In this document: positions 50,717 to 59,830 of the stretch, one piece after another
Position numbering within the stretch: the first letter of the stretch is position 1
How the letters are laid out: each line of letters begins with the position of its first letter
From: Gammaproteobacteria bacterium
GTDB lineage: Bacteria; Pseudomonadota; Gammaproteobacteria; Eutrophobiales; Eutrophobiaceae
Assembly: GCA_965243115.1 (NCBI GenBank)
Contig: CBDEUD010000003.1
Coordinates: 2,474,200 to 2,538,199 of the forward strand
Reading direction: 5' to 3'
DNA: 64,000 bases
The notes under the pieces: generated by a model
Databases searched by the model: none
What the model saw: only the letters and a program-made list of their open reading frames with translations
What the model was told of the DNA's origin: nothing
Translations under genes and position numbers: made by a program

Positions 50717-51460
50717 ATGAGTCGCAAACCCGTCATAGCCGTCACGGCCGATCACATCATGGTCCGGGACATCATGCCGGCCGCGGTGGTTTATAACGTT
50801 TACACCGATGCCGTTATCCACGCCGCGGACGCCCTGCCCTGGATCGTGCCGCCGGTTGCCGGGTCCCTGGATATCGATGCCCTGCTCGGCAGGGTGGACG
50901 GCATCATCTTTACCGGCGCGCGTTCCAATATCCAGCCGCACCGTTACCGGGGTGAAGCCGCGCCGGAAAATACCGTGCAGGACGCGCAGCGGGACGCAAC
51001 CACTCTACCGTTAATTCCGAGAGTGATCGGCGCGGGCATTCCCATGCTATGCATCTGCCGCGGTATCCAGGAACTCAACGTGGCCCTGGGCGGCACCCTG
51101 CACCAGGACGTACCCGGCCTGCCGGACAAACTGGACCATTTCCCACCCGAGGACTGGAGCATCGAACAGCGTTTTGCCCATTCCCACGAGGTTGTGCTTG
51201 AAGCCGGCGGCGACCTGGCAAAATTGACCGCAATGAAGACAGTCAGGGTCAACAGCGTGCATGAACAGGGTATCGACCGGCTGGCCGACGGCCTGACCAT
51301 CGAGGCCCGCGCCCCGGACGGGCTCATTGAAGCAGTCCGGGTCAGGGACAGCAAGGCGTTTGCCGCCGGCGTGCAGTGGCATCCCGAGTGGGACTGGCGC
51401 AACCATTCCCTGAACGCAAAGATCTGGGCGGTTTTCGGCGCGGCCTGCCGGGGAGAATAA
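50717..51460 (+). CDS. Gamma-glutamyl-gamma-aminobutyrate hydrolase family protein (class I glutamine amidotransferase-like, peptidase C26)
   Basis: ICRGIQELNVALGGTL (catalytic Cys), HxE near the C-terminus (WHPEW). PuuD-like. Confidence 0.8.
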   Translation: MSRKPVIAVTADHIMVRDIMPAAVVYNVYTDAVIHAADALPWIVPPVAGSLDIDALLGRVDGIIFTGARSNIQPHRYRGEAAPENTVQDAQRDATTLPLIPRVIGAGIPMLCICRGIQELNVALGGTLHQDVPGLPDKLDHFPPEDWSIEQRFAHSHEVVLEAGGDLAKLTAMKTVRVNSVHEQGIDRLADGLTIEARAPDGLIEAVRVRDSKAFAAGVQWHPEWDWRNHSLNAKIWAVFGAACRGE

Positions 51461-51467
51461 TGTTGGG

Positions 51468-51536
51468 AATAACGGGGTCAGGTCGCACATTGCACATATA
51501 AAATGTATGTGCAATGTGCGACCTGACCCCGTTATT
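51468..51536. repeat. REP-like palindromic element, family 1, copy 3
   Basis: AATAACGGGGTCAGGTCGCACATTGCACATA-taaaatg-TATGTGCAATGTGCGACCTGACCCCGTTATT. Confidence 0.8.
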
Positions 51537-51548
51537 CTGGAGAATGCG

Positions 51549-52979
51549 TTGAGCTTATCGGTGATTTTGAGGAATCTTTTTGTTTTCATCCTCGCCCTGT
51601 GGTGCGCATGGGCCGGCGCCGCAGAGTTGCCCAAGCCCATAGCGTTCGTTGTCAAGGGCCATAAAATCCCGTCCGACGCCTATGCCCTGTACGTCAGGGA
51701 GGTGGGGCAACAGGACCCCATACTGTCGGTGAACGCGACGAGTCCGTACAACCCTGCGTCCGTCATCAAAATCATCCCGACTCTTGCTGCTCTGGAACTG
51801 CTGGGTCCCGCCTACCGCTGGAAAACCGAGGTTTACACCCTGGGGAGCATCAGGGACGGGGTGTTGCAGGGAGATATCCTGTTCAAGGGCTACGGCGACC
51901 CGTACCTCGTCACCGCGGAGTTCCGTAAAATACTCCAGGAACTGAGACGGCGGGGGATCAGGGAAATAACAGGCGACCTGCTCATCGATCACTCCTATTT
52001 TGATGTTGCGCACGAGGACCCGGGCGCTTTCGATAATGACCCCTACCGGACCTATAACGTCACGCCGAACGCCTTTCTGGTTAATTTCAAGGCGGTCTAT
52101 TTCCACTTTTATCCCCACGCAAACGGCAGGGATGTACGGGTATTTCCCGAACCCGAACTGGCCGGACTGAAAATCGACAACCGGTTGCGCCTGCGCAAAC
52201 GCTATTGCGGCGGTTTTCAGCGGGGGATTGCCGTGACCGTGCCGGACGGGGCAACGGCCGACCACGTCATTTTTTCCGGGAGATTCCCGACCGGCTGCAG
52301 CCAGTACGCCCTGGCCCGTTCGCTGCTGACCCATGAAACCTATGCCTTCGGTGCATTCAAGCCCATCTGGCGGCAACTGGGCGGGAGCATTGCGGGAGAG
52401 GTCAGGTCGGCCACGGCGCCGGAGACGGGCAAACCCTTCCTGGTGCACCATTCCCGGCCCCTTTCCGACATCATCAAACTCATCAATAAATTCAGCAACA
52501 ATGTCATGACCAGGCAACTGCTGCTGACCCTGGGCGCGGAACAGGGAGAACAGCCCGGCACGGTTGAACAAGGTATCCGGGTCATCGACGGCTACCTGGC
52601 GGACCGGGGCCTGGATACCCGGACCCTGAACATCGATAACGGGGCCGGTCTGTCAAGGGCAGCGCGCACGTCGGCGAAATTACTGGCGGATGTCCTGGAA
52701 CATGCCTGGACCATCCCCCACCGCCCGGAGTTTATCTCATCGCTATCCATCACCGGGATGGACGGCACCGCAAAGAACCGCCTGAAATACAAACCGGCAT
52801 CGGGCTATGCGCATATCAAGACCGGCACCATAGACGATGTCTCCGCCATCGCGGGTTACGTCCACGCCCGGTCCGGGCGGGAATATGTCGTTGCCGGCAT
52901 GATGAACCGCACACAGGCCCACAAGGGACACGGCAAGGAACTGATGAATGCCCTGGTTGCCTGGGTCTACGGGCTGTAG
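51549..52979 (+). CDS. dacB: D-alanyl-D-alanine carboxypeptidase/endopeptidase (PBP4)
   Basis: SVIK (SxxK), FSNN (SxN) and KTGT motifs, plus a signal peptide. The ORF-track start at 51507 lies inside the REP element. TTG at 51549 (SD ggagaa) or GTG at 51561 is more likely. Start is uncertain. Confidence 0.8.
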   Translation: MSLSVILRNLFVFILALWCAWAGAAELPKPIAFVVKGHKIPSDAYALYVREVGQQDPILSVNATSPYNPASVIKIIPTLAALELLGPAYRWKTEVYTLGSIRDGVLQGDILFKGYGDPYLVTAEFRKILQELRRRGIREITGDLLIDHSYFDVAHEDPGAFDNDPYRTYNVTPNAFLVNFKAVYFHFYPHANGRDVRVFPEPELAGLKIDNRLRLRKRYCGGFQRGIAVTVPDGATADHVIFSGRFPTGCSQYALARSLLTHETYAFGAFKPIWRQLGGSIAGEVRSATAPETGKPFLVHHSRPLSDIIKLINKFSNNVMTRQLLLTLGAEQGEQPGTVEQGIRVIDGYLADRGLDTRTLNIDNGAGLSRAARTSAKLLADVLEHAWTIPHRPEFISSLSITGMDGTAKNRLKYKPASGYAHIKTGTIDDVSAIAGYVHARSGREYVVAGMMNRTQAHKGHGKELMNALVAWVYGL

Positions 52980-53018
52980 GAACAGATCCGTCATTCCCGC
53001 TTGCGCGTGGATGACGAA

Positions 53019-53768
53019 TCAGCGGAACGACGAATTAGCGCGCCAGAGCCGGAAATTACAGGCGGGACGATCAATAGCCAAGGCGGCAACGTGAGTATCC
53101 GGTACGGGTATGTTTTTTACCAGCCAGCGGGATGCGTCTTCCTCCTTGCGGCGTATGGTCAATGCCGCATAGGCTTCATCCGGGTCGATGCTGACGTCAA
53201 ACTCCTTCAGACCGTAGGAAAGCCCGCCGCCCAGCGCCTTGACGAAGGCTTCCTTGCGGGTCCAGCAGGTAAAAAATGCTTTCAGGCCGGTCGCGCCGGG
53301 ATACCCGTCCAGGGCCCTGACTTCAACCGCAGAAAAATAATGTTGCGCCAGGGAGCGCCACTCCAGCTTCGGCCTGATTTTCTCCAGGTCCACGCCCAGC
53401 CGGCCGCCGAGGGTAAGCGCCACCAGGACAACGCCATGTGAATGGGAAACGTTGAACGCGACGTTTTCGCCGCCTGCATGACCCGCGAGAGACGGCTTTC
53501 CATGCTCGCAGTAATCAAATTCAACCCCGGCAATGTCCAGCCCGGCCATTTTCGTCAAAACCTGCCTTAGCAACCCGCGGGTAACGATATATTCCCTCGA
53601 CTTGAATTCCATCCTGAACTTTTTCAGGCGCGCAATTTCTGCGGGAGATAACAGCGCCTTGTATGCCCGTAGTTGCCGTTCTGCCGGATCAGTTGACGCC
53701 AACCAGATATCGACGTGGTCCCCGGAGATTTCAAGAACGTCCGGCGCCGTTTGCCAGGTATTGTCCAT
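53019..53768 (-). CDS. 4'-phosphopantetheinyl transferase (Sfp/EntD type)
   Basis: FNVSHSHG and WTRKEAFVKALGGG (W/KEA) motifs. Confidence 0.8.
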   Translation of the reverse strand: MDNTWQTAPDVLEISGDHVDIWLASTDPAERQLRAYKALLSPAEIARLKKFRMEFKSREYIVTRGLLRQVLTKMAGLDIAGVEFDYCEHGKPSLAGHAGGENVAFNVSHSHGVVLVALTLGGRLGVDLEKIRPKLEWRSLAQHYFSAVEVRALDGYPGATGLKAFFTCWTRKEAFVKALGGGLSYGLKEFDVSIDPDEAYAALTIRRKEEDASRWLVKNIPVPDTHVAALAIDRPACNFRLWRANSSFR

Positions 53769-53872
53769 GACCCCGGATTGTATCCCTTTTTCGGCTTTGA
53801 AGGTGACCGGAGCAGGAGATTTGCGTATTATTGAAATTCCTCAATAACAGAGACAAATAGCAAAGGTGACAG

Positions 53873-54499
53873 ATGCTGCAATTATATAATTTCCCTAAAA
53901 CCCGCGGTTTCAGGGTGACCTGGATGCTGGAGGAACTGGAGGCGGACTATGAGTTCAAGCTGGTGCCTTACGGGGCCAACGGTTTTGCCTCGGAGGACTA
54001 CCTGAAGATCAACCCGGCGGGGAAAGTGCCGGCACTGCGCGACGGTGACCTGGTACTCACCGAATCGGCCGCCATCGTCACCTACCTGGGTGATAAATTC
54101 CCGGAAAAACAACTGGTCCCGGCCGCAGGAACGGCCGCACGGGCAAAATACGACCAGTGGTGCTACTTCGTGCTCACGGAACTCGAACAGCCCTTGTGGA
54201 CCAAGGGGAAACATACCTTTATATTTCCCCCGGACAAACGCGTGCCGGCGGTAATCGACACCGCCCAATGGGAATTCCAGAAGGCATTGAACATACTCAG
54301 CAAGGGACTGGAGGGAAACAAATATATCCTGGGAGACTCATTCAGCGCCGCGGATATCCTGATAGGCCATACCCTGACCTGGGCACGGACCGCAAAACAA
54401 CCCGTTGAGTTTCAGAACGTAACAGACTACGCCGAACTGATCCTGGGCCGGGAAGCCTTGCAACGCGCCAGGGACAGGGAAGCAGCCGCGCAGGGCTGA
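53873..54499 (+). CDS. Glutathione S-transferase
   Basis: N-terminal thioredoxin-like GST domain (PAGKVPAL...ESAAI) and a C-terminal helical domain. Confidence 0.8.
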   Translation: MLQLYNFPKTRGFRVTWMLEELEADYEFKLVPYGANGFASEDYLKINPAGKVPALRDGDLVLTESAAIVTYLGDKFPEKQLVPAAGTAARAKYDQWCYFVLTELEQPLWTKGKHTFIFPPDKRVPAVIDTAQWEFQKALNILSKGLEGNKYILGDSFSAADILIGHTLTWARTAKQPVEFQNVTDYAELILGREALQRARDREAAAQG

Positions 54500-54523
54500 A
54501 AGGAGGGATCAAACTACCTGACG

Positions 54524-55969
54524 ATGAACCTGGACCATTACCAGACAGAAGGATTATACGATGAACTGTTGACGCCGCGGTTACAGGCACGGGACGGCCT
54601 CGGCAGTATGCTCGATACGCTTGAACGGCTGAGCTACAAGGAACTGGACAGGCGCAGGCGGGATGCCGAACACGCCATCTCGACCATGGGCATTACCTTT
54701 ACCATCTATAGTGAGGCCGGCAATATCGACAGGGAGTGGCCTTATGACGTGATCCCCCGGATCATCCTCGATAATGAATGGCAACGGATAGAAAAAGGCC
54801 TGGTCCAGCGCCTGCGAGCGCTCAACCTGTTTGTCTCGGATGTCTATAACGAACAAAAGATCGTAAAGGACGGAGTATTTCCCGCATCCATCCTCAAATC
54901 TTCAAAGAATTATCGCCGTGAATGCGAGGGGATGAAGCCGCCCCTGGGGGTATGGGCGCATATCTGCGGCACCGACCTGGTGCGGGACGACGACGGCGTC
55001 ATGTACGTGCTGGAAGATAACCTGCGCATCCCCTCCGGGGTGTCCTACATGCTGGAGAACCGCAGGTTGACCAAGCTCACATTTCCGGAACTGTTCGAGG
55101 ATTATTCCATCGGGCACATGGACGGTTACACCATGCAGTTGTTTGAAACCCTGGGTTCCGTCTCGCCGCGTCCGCTGGATTACCCCGAAGTCGCCGTGCT
55201 GACACCTGGTATTTATAATTCGGCCTATTTTGAGCATTCATTCCTGGCCCGCCAACTGGGCGCCGAACTGGTCGAAGGCACGGACCTGGTGGTTGCCGAA
55301 GACGACTGCGTGTACATGAAAACCATTTCCGGCCTGGACCGTGTCGATGTGGTATACCGGCGGGTCGACGACCTGTTCCTTGACCCGGAGGTGTTTCGCA
55401 AGGACTCCCTGCTGGGAGTGGCCGGCATCATGCGCGCCTGGAGAAAAGGCAAGGTCGGGCTTGCCAATGCCCCGGGGGTGGGTGTCGCGGACGATAAACT
55501 GGTTTATACCTATGTGCCGGAAATGATCCGATATTACCTGGGTGAAGAACCGTTGCTGCCGAACGTTCCAAGTTACCGTTGCAGTGACGACAAGCAGCGG
55601 CGCCACGTCCTGGCCAACCTGGACCAGCTGGTGCTCAAACCGGTCAACGAATCCGGCGGTTACGGCATCGTCATCGGACCGGGAGCAAGCAGGCGCGAGC
55701 TGGCGCAGGCGGCGGACCGGGTCAAGGCAGACCCCCGGAATTACATCGCCCAGCCGGTCGTCAACTTGTCCACGGTACCCACTTTATGCGGCAAGCGCAT
55801 CGAACCCCGCCACGTCGACCTCAGGCCGTTTATCCTGCAGGGAGGTCATTCCTACGTGACTGCCGGCGGGCTCACCCGGGTGGCCCTGGTACGCGGCTCC
55901 CTGGTGGTAAACTCATCACAGGGAGGCGGCAGCAAGGACACCTGGGTAATCGCCGGAAGGGGGCAGTGA
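54524..55969 (+). CDS. Circularly permuted type-2 ATP-grasp protein (DUF404/DUF407)
   Basis: 481 aa. Family resemblance, and the canonical coupling to a downstream alpha-E domain gene with a TGATG overlap. Confidence 0.7.
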   Translation: MNLDHYQTEGLYDELLTPRLQARDGLGSMLDTLERLSYKELDRRRRDAEHAISTMGITFTIYSEAGNIDREWPYDVIPRIILDNEWQRIEKGLVQRLRALNLFVSDVYNEQKIVKDGVFPASILKSSKNYRRECEGMKPPLGVWAHICGTDLVRDDDGVMYVLEDNLRIPSGVSYMLENRRLTKLTFPELFEDYSIGHMDGYTMQLFETLGSVSPRPLDYPEVAVLTPGIYNSAYFEHSFLARQLGAELVEGTDLVVAEDDCVYMKTISGLDRVDVVYRRVDDLFLDPEVFRKDSLLGVAGIMRAWRKGKVGLANAPGVGVADDKLVYTYVPEMIRYYLGEEPLLPNVPSYRCSDDKQRRHVLANLDQLVLKPVNESGGYGIVIGPGASRRELAQAADRVKADPRNYIAQPVVNLSTVPTLCGKRIEPRHVDLRPFILQGGHSYVTAGGLTRVALVRGSLVVNSSQGGGSKDTWVIAGRGQ

Positions 55970-56898
55970 TGCTGTCCCGGGTCGCGGAGCAATTGTACTG
56001 GTACGGGCGCCACGTGGAGCGGGCGGAGAATACCGCTCGTCTCGTCAATGTCAACGCCAACCTGCTCATGGACCTGCCGCGCCCGTTCAAACGCACCTGG
56101 GCGAACCTGATTGACATGACCGGGAGCAATGACGCGTTTTACCGGGCCTACGAGGCAGCCGACGAGAAAAGCGTCCTGCAGTTCATGCTGGCCGATGAGG
56201 CCAACCCTTCCTCGATGGCCTGTTGCGTGCGTATGGCCCGCGAGAACGCCCGCAGTTCCCGGGAGATCCTCCCGGTAGAGGCATGGGAGACGATCAACGA
56301 ATTTTACCTGTACGTGAAAAAGAATCTGGCATCGGACCTGAGACCGGGCGAACGCCATAAATACCTTAACAGCGTGATCGGCTATTGCAGGCAGATTATG
56401 GGAATGCTGTTCAGCGGCATGAGCCGCGGCAGCGCCTACCGCTTCGTGCGCATCGGCAGGAACCTGGAACGGGCCGATATGAGCTCCCGCATCATCGACG
56501 TGGGTTGCGTCAACCTCCTGCCCGTGGAAGGCGACACCGGTGCGGCCTTTGCCGAATTGTTGTGGCTGAACGTCCTGAACTCCCTGAGCAGCTACCAGAT
56601 CTACCGGCAACACGTCAAGGTGCGCCCCAATGGCGAAGACGTGGTCGATTTCCTGCTGAAATACGTGGACGCGCCGCGCAGCGTCTCCCATTGCCTGGAA
56701 GAAATCCACGCCCACCTGGTGCGCCTGCCCGGCAATGACCTGCCTTTGCAGACACTTGAGCGTACCCGGGACATGGTCAGGGAAGCTGACACCATCAACT
56801 TGATGGAACAGAGCGGATTACATGAATTCATCGACAGGATACAGCTTGGCCTGAATGAAATACATGCACAGGTGGAACAGACCTGGTTCAGGTATTGA
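55969..56898 (+). CDS. Alpha-E domain protein (DUF403)
   Basis: MLSRVAEQLYWYGRHVERAENTARL... is a characteristic alpha-E N-terminus. The ORF track starts it 61 codons earlier, overlapping the upstream gene. Confidence 0.7.
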   Translation: MLSRVAEQLYWYGRHVERAENTARLVNVNANLLMDLPRPFKRTWANLIDMTGSNDAFYRAYEAADEKSVLQFMLADEANPSSMACCVRMARENARSSREILPVEAWETINEFYLYVKKNLASDLRPGERHKYLNSVIGYCRQIMGMLFSGMSRGSAYRFVRIGRNLERADMSSRIIDVGCVNLLPVEGDTGAAFAELLWLNVLNSLSSYQIYRQHVKVRPNGEDVVDFLLKYVDAPRSVSHCLEEIHAHLVRLPGNDLPLQTLERTRDMVREADTINLMEQSGLHEFIDRIQLGLNEIHAQVEQTWFRY

Positions 56899-56954
56899 CT
56901 GCAGAGGGGCTAGGGGTTAGGGAATATAGATTCTAGCCCCTAGTCCCTAGCCCC

Positions 56955-57710
56955 TTACTGCGTATTCTGTTGCTCGTCCCAGTTGGAGGCCCAGGCGATG
57001 GGCGGCAGGTTGTTGAACGCCTCCTTCAGGTTCCTGTCCCAGCTTCTCCTCAGTTCCCTCAGATATTCGCTGTGTTCGTCGAAACAGTAATACCGTTCCA
57101 GGGAGTAACTGTCGGCAGGGTAGATGGCAACTTCGATGGGGGGACCCACCGACATATTGCTGTTCATGGTTGAATCCATCGAAACCATGGCGCACAAGGT
57201 GGCCGTCTCGAGGTTCAGGTCCGGCGCCAGGATCCGGTCCAGGATGGTCTTGCCGTATTTGCCTTCGCCGATCTGCAGGTACGGCGTGTACGTTGACGTA
57301 GTGATGTAGTTGCCCTGGGGATAGACCAGGTAGATTTCAGGGACGGAACCGGCAATCTGGCCGCCGATAATGAAGTTGGCCTCATAATTGATGTCCGTGT
57401 CGGTGTGTTTTCCCTGCTGCAGGACGCTGACATGGCCGATATAGTCGGCGGCGTCGGTCATGCTCGCAACCGTCATCAGGTTCAACGGCATCGATTGCTG
57501 TATTTCCCTGTTCAACTGCTGGACCACCCTCTGGGTGGTCGCGAGATTGCCCGCGGACAGCAACACGAACCTGCGGTCGGCGCCGGAATCAAACCGGTGC
57601 ATCTTGCTGTACGAACTGACGTTGTCGACACCTGCATTCGTGCGCGAATCCGACACGAACACCAGCCCTTTTTCAGTTGTTATGGCTACGCAATAGGTCA
57701 CTGTGATCAC
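56955..57710 (-). CDS. Proteasome-type (Ntn-hydrolase) protease, Anbu-like
   Basis: Start of the mature chain ...TYCVAITTEKGLVFVSDSRTNAG, a proteasome beta-subunit-like fold signature. Classic partner of cpATP-grasp/alpha-E genes. Confidence 0.6.
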   Translation of the reverse strand: MITVTYCVAITTEKGLVFVSDSRTNAGVDNVSSYSKMHRFDSGADRRFVLLSAGNLATTQRVVQQLNREIQQSMPLNLMTVASMTDAADYIGHVSVLQQGKHTDTDINYEANFIIGGQIAGSVPEIYLVYPQGNYITTSTYTPYLQIGEGKYGKTILDRILAPDLNLETATLCAMVSMDSTMNSNMSVGPPIEVAIYPADSYSLERYYCFDEHSEYLRELRRSWDRNLKEAFNNLPPIAWASNWDEQQNTQ

Positions 57711-57783
57711 CTGCCTGGCGTATTCCCCTCATGTTGACTTTAGCTGCCCTGACCGGTTCAGGTCAAGGAAAAACCGCACCGTT

Positions 57784-58731
57784 TCAGAAATGCAGGTAAC
57801 CCTGGCTGTGCGGAATATATTCGGAACCGTCCGTGCGGATACACCGTATCCCCCCCTCTGCCGTGACCGTGCCGATACGGTAGACCGGGTGGCCGGTGCG
57901 TTCGAGTTCCCGTTTATTTGCCGGCGGAACGGTAAAGCATAACTCGTAATCATCGCCGCCGCTGAGTACGTGGCGCCACTTCTCGGGAGGAGTGCAGTTC
58001 CTGTCCAAATATGTATCGACCGGGATGGTATCTATGCCGATCACGGCGCCCAGGCGACCGGCTTCCAGCAGGTGGCCCAGGTCCGCGAGCAACCCGTCCG
58101 AAATGTCGATCATGGCGCTTGCAATTCCGCGCAGGGAAACGCCTAATTCGACCTGCGGTAGCGGACGCAGCAGGCGCTTGGCACAATCCGGCTGGGGCTC
58201 CTGCCCGGATTTGAACATGGCCAGGGCCAGTGACGCGCTGCCCAACGGGCCGCTGACGTAGACCAGGTCGCCCGCGCCGACCCCGCTACGCCGGATTTCC
58301 CGCCCTTTCGGGCACTCGCCGATCACCTGTATCGTCACCGCCGGCGGGCCTTTGCACAGGTCCCCCCCGACCAGCGATACGCCATGATCTTTTGCCAGTT
58401 CCCCCAGGCCGCGGGCGAACCCGTCCAGCCAGTCATGGTTCAGTTCCGCTTCGGACAGGGTCAGCGCCAGGGTGATCCAGCGCGGCTCGGCGCCCATGGC
58501 GGCCATATCGCTGAGGTTTACGGCCAGGGCCTTGTAACCGATATCGGCCGGGTCTGCATCAGGGAAGAAATGTACCCCTGAAACCAGGCTGTCAGTCGTT
58601 ACGACGAGATGAGAGTCCGCTGCGGCGGCCAGCAGCGCCGCATCGTCGCCCACCCCGAGCATGACACCGCGGCCTGCGGGGGTCAGCCCGGCAAAATATT
58701 TTTCGATGACGCCAAATTCAGTCAATGACAT
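57784..58731 (-). CDS. thiL: Thiamine-monophosphate kinase
   Basis: AIR synthase-related fold. MSLTEFGVIEKYFA...GDDAAL N-terminus. Confidence 0.88.
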   Translation of the reverse strand: MSLTEFGVIEKYFAGLTPAGRGVMLGVGDDAALLAAAADSHLVVTTDSLVSGVHFFPDADPADIGYKALAVNLSDMAAMGAEPRWITLALTLSEAELNHDWLDGFARGLGELAKDHGVSLVGGDLCKGPPAVTIQVIGECPKGREIRRSGVGAGDLVYVSGPLGSASLALAMFKSGQEPQPDCAKRLLRPLPQVELGVSLRGIASAMIDISDGLLADLGHLLEAGRLGAVIGIDTIPVDTYLDRNCTPPEKWRHVLSGGDDYELCFTVPPANKRELERTGHPVYRIGTVTAEGGIRCIRTDGSEYIPHSQGYLHF

Positions 58732-58809
58732 GACACCCCGGCGGATTGCCGCCCTGCCCTGGTACGGAATATCCCGGGCACCGGCCCCGGGACATATCGC
58801 GGCGGGTCA

Positions 58810-59256
58810 TCACCGGCCTTCCGGACGGAGTTGCTGCGCAGCCTTGTCCAGTACCCCGTTGATATATTTGTAGGAATCCTCTGCCCCGAACATCCTCGCC
58901 AGTTCAACGGACTCATTCAAGACCACGCGCAGCGGCAGTCCCGGCTGATACTTGAGTTCATACACGCCCAGGTACAGTACGGCCCTGGTGACAGGGTCCA
59001 GTTCATGCATGGCCCGGTCCAGGAACGGCGCCAGGGAGTCCCTGATTGCGGCTGAATTCCCGGTGCTGCCGTTCAGAATATCACGGAAATAACCTGCATC
59101 GGCCTTCTTCAATTCTTTCCTGTCACGTTCAAACTCATCGATGATCTCCGTCACCGGCTGTTCCGTCAAAAACCACTGGTACAAGGCCTGTACCGCTGCG
59201 CGCCTGGCCCTGACCCGGGCAGCCACGGAACGGCCTGTTTTGACAGGATCAGCCAT
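58810..59256 (-). CDS. nusB: Transcription antitermination factor NusB
   Basis: 148 aa. RRAAVQALYQW...NGVLD NusB signature. Confidence 0.9.
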   Translation of the reverse strand: MADPVKTGRSVAARVRARRAAVQALYQWFLTEQPVTEIIDEFERDRKELKKADAGYFRDILNGSTGNSAAIRDSLAPFLDRAMHELDPVTRAVLYLGVYELKYQPGLPLRVVLNESVELARMFGAEDSYKYINGVLDKAAQQLRPEGR

Positions 59257-59809
59257 CGTTCCGTGTATCCAGCGAGTCGAGAGTTGCTTCCGGTGTTGTC
59301 TCCACGATTAACCTGTTGCGCTGCTCAGACTGCAAAAACCGCTCCGCTACCGCGTGGTCCAGCAAATTCAGCAGCGGGTCGAAATAGCCGTTCACGTTTA
59401 ATACGGCACAGGGTTTATCATGCAATCCAAGCTGTCTCCAGGTTACTATTTCCAGAAATTCTTCCAGGGTCCCGAAACCTCCGGGAAGGGCGATAAAGCC
59501 GGCAGACAATTCGAACATCAAGCCTTTGCGTTCATGCATTGAGCCGACTACATGAAGTTCGGTAAGTCGATCATGTATCATTTCCCGGCTTTTGTTCATC
59601 AGAAACTTCGGGACGACCCCGATCACCTCGCCGCCATGACCCAGCGCCGCATCGGCCACCGCGCCCATCAGCCCCGTTGCGCCTCCCCCGAATACCATAC
59701 CGGTTCCCCGCTTCGCCAATTCAACGCCCAGGTTGGCAGCGGCACTGGTATATCCTGAAAAACTGCCGGGGCTGGAACCGGCAAATACGCATATCCTGTT
59801 ATCCTTCAT
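59249..59809 (-). CDS. LOG-family protein (cytokinin riboside 5'-monophosphate phosphoribohydrolase-like, TIGR00730)
   Basis: GGGxGxMG and PGGxGTxEE motifs (VFGGGATGLMG, LPGGFGTLEE). Confidence 0.8.
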   Translation of the reverse strand: MKDNRICVFAGSSPGSFSGYTSAAANLGVELAKRGTGMVFGGGATGLMGAVADAALGHGGEVIGVVPKFLMNKSREMIHDRLTELHVVGSMHERKGLMFELSAGFIALPGGFGTLEEFLEIVTWRQLGLHDKPCAVLNVNGYFDPLLNLLDHAVAERFLQSEQRNRLIVETTPEATLDSLDTRNDG

Positions 59810-59830
59810 ATCAGGTTTCCATGATATGCG

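Noticed and set aside
51555-52571. 338-aa ORF antisense to dacB
   Set aside because: It is a shadow ORF. The plus strand carries the SxxK/SxN/KTG penicillin-binding motifs.
55852-56715. 287-aa ORF antisense to the alpha-E domain gene, and the 55786 upstream extension of the alpha-E ORF
   Set aside because: The antisense ORF has no motifs. The alpha-E protein's conserved N-terminus begins at the ATG at 55969, overlapping the cpATP-grasp stop, so the 61-codon upstream extension is non-coding overlap.
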